Shown one piece after another: positions 61,838 to 64,000 of a stretch of 64,000 nucleotides of DNA. The translations under genes and the position numbers were made by a program. Each line of letters starts with the position of its first letter. Positions within the stretch are counted from its first letter, which is position 1. The DNA is from Thermoanaerobaculia bacterium (GTDB lineage: Bacteria > Acidobacteriota > Thermoanaerobaculia > Multivoradales > Multivoraceae). The notes below the pieces were generated by a model, which was given only the letters and a program-made list of their open reading frames with translations, was not told where the DNA came from and made no database searches. The stretch is from contig OY762911.1 of the NCBI GenBank assembly GCA_963666565.1, positions 800,001 through 864,000 of the forward strand. Direction: 5' to 3'.

Positions 61838-64000
61838 TCAGACGGCGGCGGCGCCGGGCTCGAACTCCAGGTACACCGGCGCCCCGCCGAGCGCCGCAGG
61901 AACCCGGTCGAGCTCCCGGCCGTCCCGGTCGCGGACCGCGCGAACCGCGCCCTCGGGCCGGAAGGACCGGCCGCGCCCGTCCACCGCCCACAGGACCCGG
62001 ACTTCGCGCCCCTGACGGAGCGCCCGGTAGCCGCGCGCGCCCGCCGGCATCCGCAGGCGCCGGACCTCCGCGCCGGCCAGGTCGCGCTGAAGCTGGCGGA
62101 ACGCGAGGTAGGCGGGGCGCCGCCGGAGGCCGCCGCCGCGCGGGTCGAGCAGCCCGTAGCCGGCCGCCGCCAGACGCCACCAGTAGACGCGCTCGGCCAG
62201 GCCGGTTCCCAGCGCCTCCAGCGCGTAGCGGACCAGGTAGCTGGCCTGGGCGTCCTCGTCCACCGCCACGTCGCGGCCCGCCGGCGCGTGCGGCCCTTCC
62301 GCGAGCGGCCAGTTGAACTCGGTCACCCAGCTCCGGCCCGACGCGCAGTCCGGCGCCCGGCGCGCCAGGGCGCCCAGCAGCGCCAGCTTGCCGGCGAGGT
62401 CGAAGCCAAGCTGCCGGTTCTCCGGCGCGCCCCGGCGGTCGACGTAGAGCTGGTTCGCCAGGATGTCGAACCCGTGCCGGGCCGAACCGGAGTGAATCAG
62501 CGCGGCCGTGGCGTGGGGCTCGAAGTCGATCGTCGCCGGGGCGAGCACGCAGGCGTCGCTGCGGCGAGCCCGCACCGCCTCGGCGCCGGCGGCCAGCAGG
62601 TTCCAGTAGTCGTCCGGCCGCCAGACGCCCCACTTGCTGCGATTCGGCGCCTGGCCGATGAGGAACCGGCGCCCGCACGGAGCGAGCGCGGCCGCGGCTT
62701 CCTCCACCCGCTCCCGCCAGAGCCCGGCGTCCCGGGCCAGCGAGCGGTCCTGGCAGAGGTGAAAGACGAGATCGAGCGGCCGGTCGGCGCGGCCGAGGGT
62801 TCGCGCCAGCTCCAGCAGGCCGCGGTCGACGCCTTGCCAGAGGTGGAAGCGCAGGAGCACGGTGTCGACTCCCAGGTCCCCGATCGCCCCGGCCAGGGAA
62901 TCGGCCGGCGCCGGGCCGGGACCGACCGCGACGCCCAGGCCGCCGAAGCGAACCGCCGGCGGGTCCCGGTCGAGGGCGCGCCGAACGCGGCGCGCCTCGA
63001 CGACCGACGCGGCCAGCGGAACGGCGGCCCGCAGCAGCGGGCGCGCGTGGCGGCCGGCGTCGCGCAGGCGCACGCCCAGGCGCTGGCCGCGGGTGGCCTG
63101 CTGGTGCGGCTGATCGGTCAGCGGGTCCCACACCGCGCGCTCGGTCGCCGTCGCCCCCCGCTCCGCCCCCGGTACGTGGGGATGCGCGCGGCGGCGCGGC
63201 AGCAGCAGATCGGCGAGCCGGCGCAGGCCCCGGCGCGCGCCCTGCTTCGACCCCAGCTTGAGCCGGAAGCCGCGGTGGTACGCCTCGAACCAGATCCGCT
63301 GCAGCCGGGGCAGGCCGCCCGGCCGGTAGCCGGCCAGGTACTCCGTCCGGTCGTCCGGCCGCAGCACCGGCATCCGGCTGAGGTCGCGCAGCCGCTGGCT
63401 GGTCGACAGGCGGCGGCGGAAGCGGGCCCGGTTCAGGTCGACCAGGAGCAGCTCGGCGTCGGTGACCGGCGCCGACAGGAGGACGTTGCCGGACGTCAGG
63501 TCCCGGAACCAGACGCCGTGCCCGTGAAGCCCCGCGGCCAGCGCGCCGACCCGCCGCAGCAGGGCCGGGCCGTCGATGCCGGGAAACCGCTCGGGGCCTT
63601 CGCCGGCGTTCAGGGCGCGCAGGACGTACCGCAGTTCCAGCGCCTCCGGCGCCAGCCGGCAGACGTACCAGGCGGGACCGTCGACCGTCTTCGACTCCGC
63701 GTAGAGGACGGGCGCCGGGGTCGCGACGCCTAGCCGGCCGAGCCGCCGCGCCGCCCGAAAGCTCAGGCCGGCCCGGGAGCCGCGCCGGCGCCGCCGCAGC
63801 CGCGCCCGCAGGTCGTCGTGGCGGAACTGCTTGACGACGACGGCCGTCTCGGCGGCCTCCGGGGCCGGCCGCCAGCCGGCCTCGTAGAGGTAGCTGCGGC
63901 CCCAGTGGACGCTGCGCCGCCCGCTCGCCGGGTCCAGCAGCCGGCGGAGCCTCTCCTCGAAGCCGGCGTCCAGGTCCCCGTCGACCGCCCGCGGCGCCAC
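61838..64000 (-). CDS. Kdo/WaaP-like kinase fused to a glycoside-hydrolase-like TIM barrel; the start may lie at or beyond the window edge
   Basis: VVVKQF, FRDLTSGNVLL, LVDLNR kinase motifs; LYVDRRGAPEN, WVTEFNW, QASYLVRY, VYWWRL GH-like C-terminal domain. Confidence 0.8.
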   Translation of the reverse strand: MAPRAVDGDLDAGFEERLRRLLDPASGRRSVHWGRSYLYEAGWRPAPEAAETAVVVKQFRHDDLRARLRRRRRGSRAGLSFRAARRLGRLGVATPAPVLYAESKTVDGPAWYVCRLAPEALELRYVLRALNAGEGPERFPGIDGPALLRRVGALAAGLHGHGVWFRDLTSGNVLLSAPVTDAELLLVDLNRARFRRRLSTSQRLRDLSRMPVLRPDDRTEYLAGYRPGGLPRLQRIWFEAYHRGFRLKLGSKQGARRGLRRLADLLLPRRRAHPHVPGAERGATATERAVWDPLTDQPHQQATRGQRLGVRLRDAGRHARPLLRAAVPLAASVVEARRVRRALDRDPPAVRFGGLGVAVGPGPAPADSLAGAIGDLGVDTVLLRFHLWQGVDRGLLELARTLGRADRPLDLVFHLCQDRSLARDAGLWRERVEEAAAALAPCGRRFLIGQAPNRSKWGVWRPDDYWNLLAAGAEAVRARRSDACVLAPATIDFEPHATAALIHSGSARHGFDILANQLYVDRRGAPENRQLGFDLAGKLALLGALARRAPDCASGRSWVTEFNWPLAEGPHAPAGRDVAVDEDAQASYLVRYALEALGTGLAERVYWWRLAAAGYGLLDPRGGGLRRRPAYLAFRQLQRDLAGAEVRRLRMPAGARGYRALRQGREVRVLWAVDGRGRSFRPEGAVRAVRDRDGRELDRVPAALGGAPVYLEFEPGAAAV

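Overview
Very GC-rich bacterial chromosomal window. Gene content and style suggest Acidobacteriota, possibly Thermoanaerobaculia-like (inference only). Most of it is housekeeping: lolA, purH, aat, ychF, purA, tkt, a complete suf Fe-S operon with an Rrf2 regulator, acs, pckA, an rpsU-mutS2-dnaG-rpoD cluster, yggS, wzm/wzt and four tRNAs (Phe, Lys, Asn, CAU/Ile2). A family of REP-like palindromes (hairpin + GCACCC(A/G)G tail) is scattered throughout, including two copies embedded in-frame in genes. The most striking region is 3.4-6.2 kb, downstream of tRNA-Phe. (1) A complete IS110-family (IS1111-type) element sits precisely inside one REP copy. Its 3' non-coding end carries four short segments matching both halves of the REP target and both halves of its own circle junction, i.e. 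a readable bridge/seek RNA programmed against the genome's own repeat. (2) Immediately after it is a ~775-nt stretch with no convincing ORF, a sigma70-like promoter, paired 5'/3' ends, nested long-range helices, repeated tandem-GA/GNRA modules and a U-tract. It looks like a large, highly structured ncRNA that I cannot assign to a known family. Other points of interest: an AlbA_2(Schlafen-like)/ParA two-gene cassette, a kinase-glycoside-hydrolase-like fusion upstream of wzm/wzt, a vapBC pair and a 160-bp perfect inverted-repeat element.
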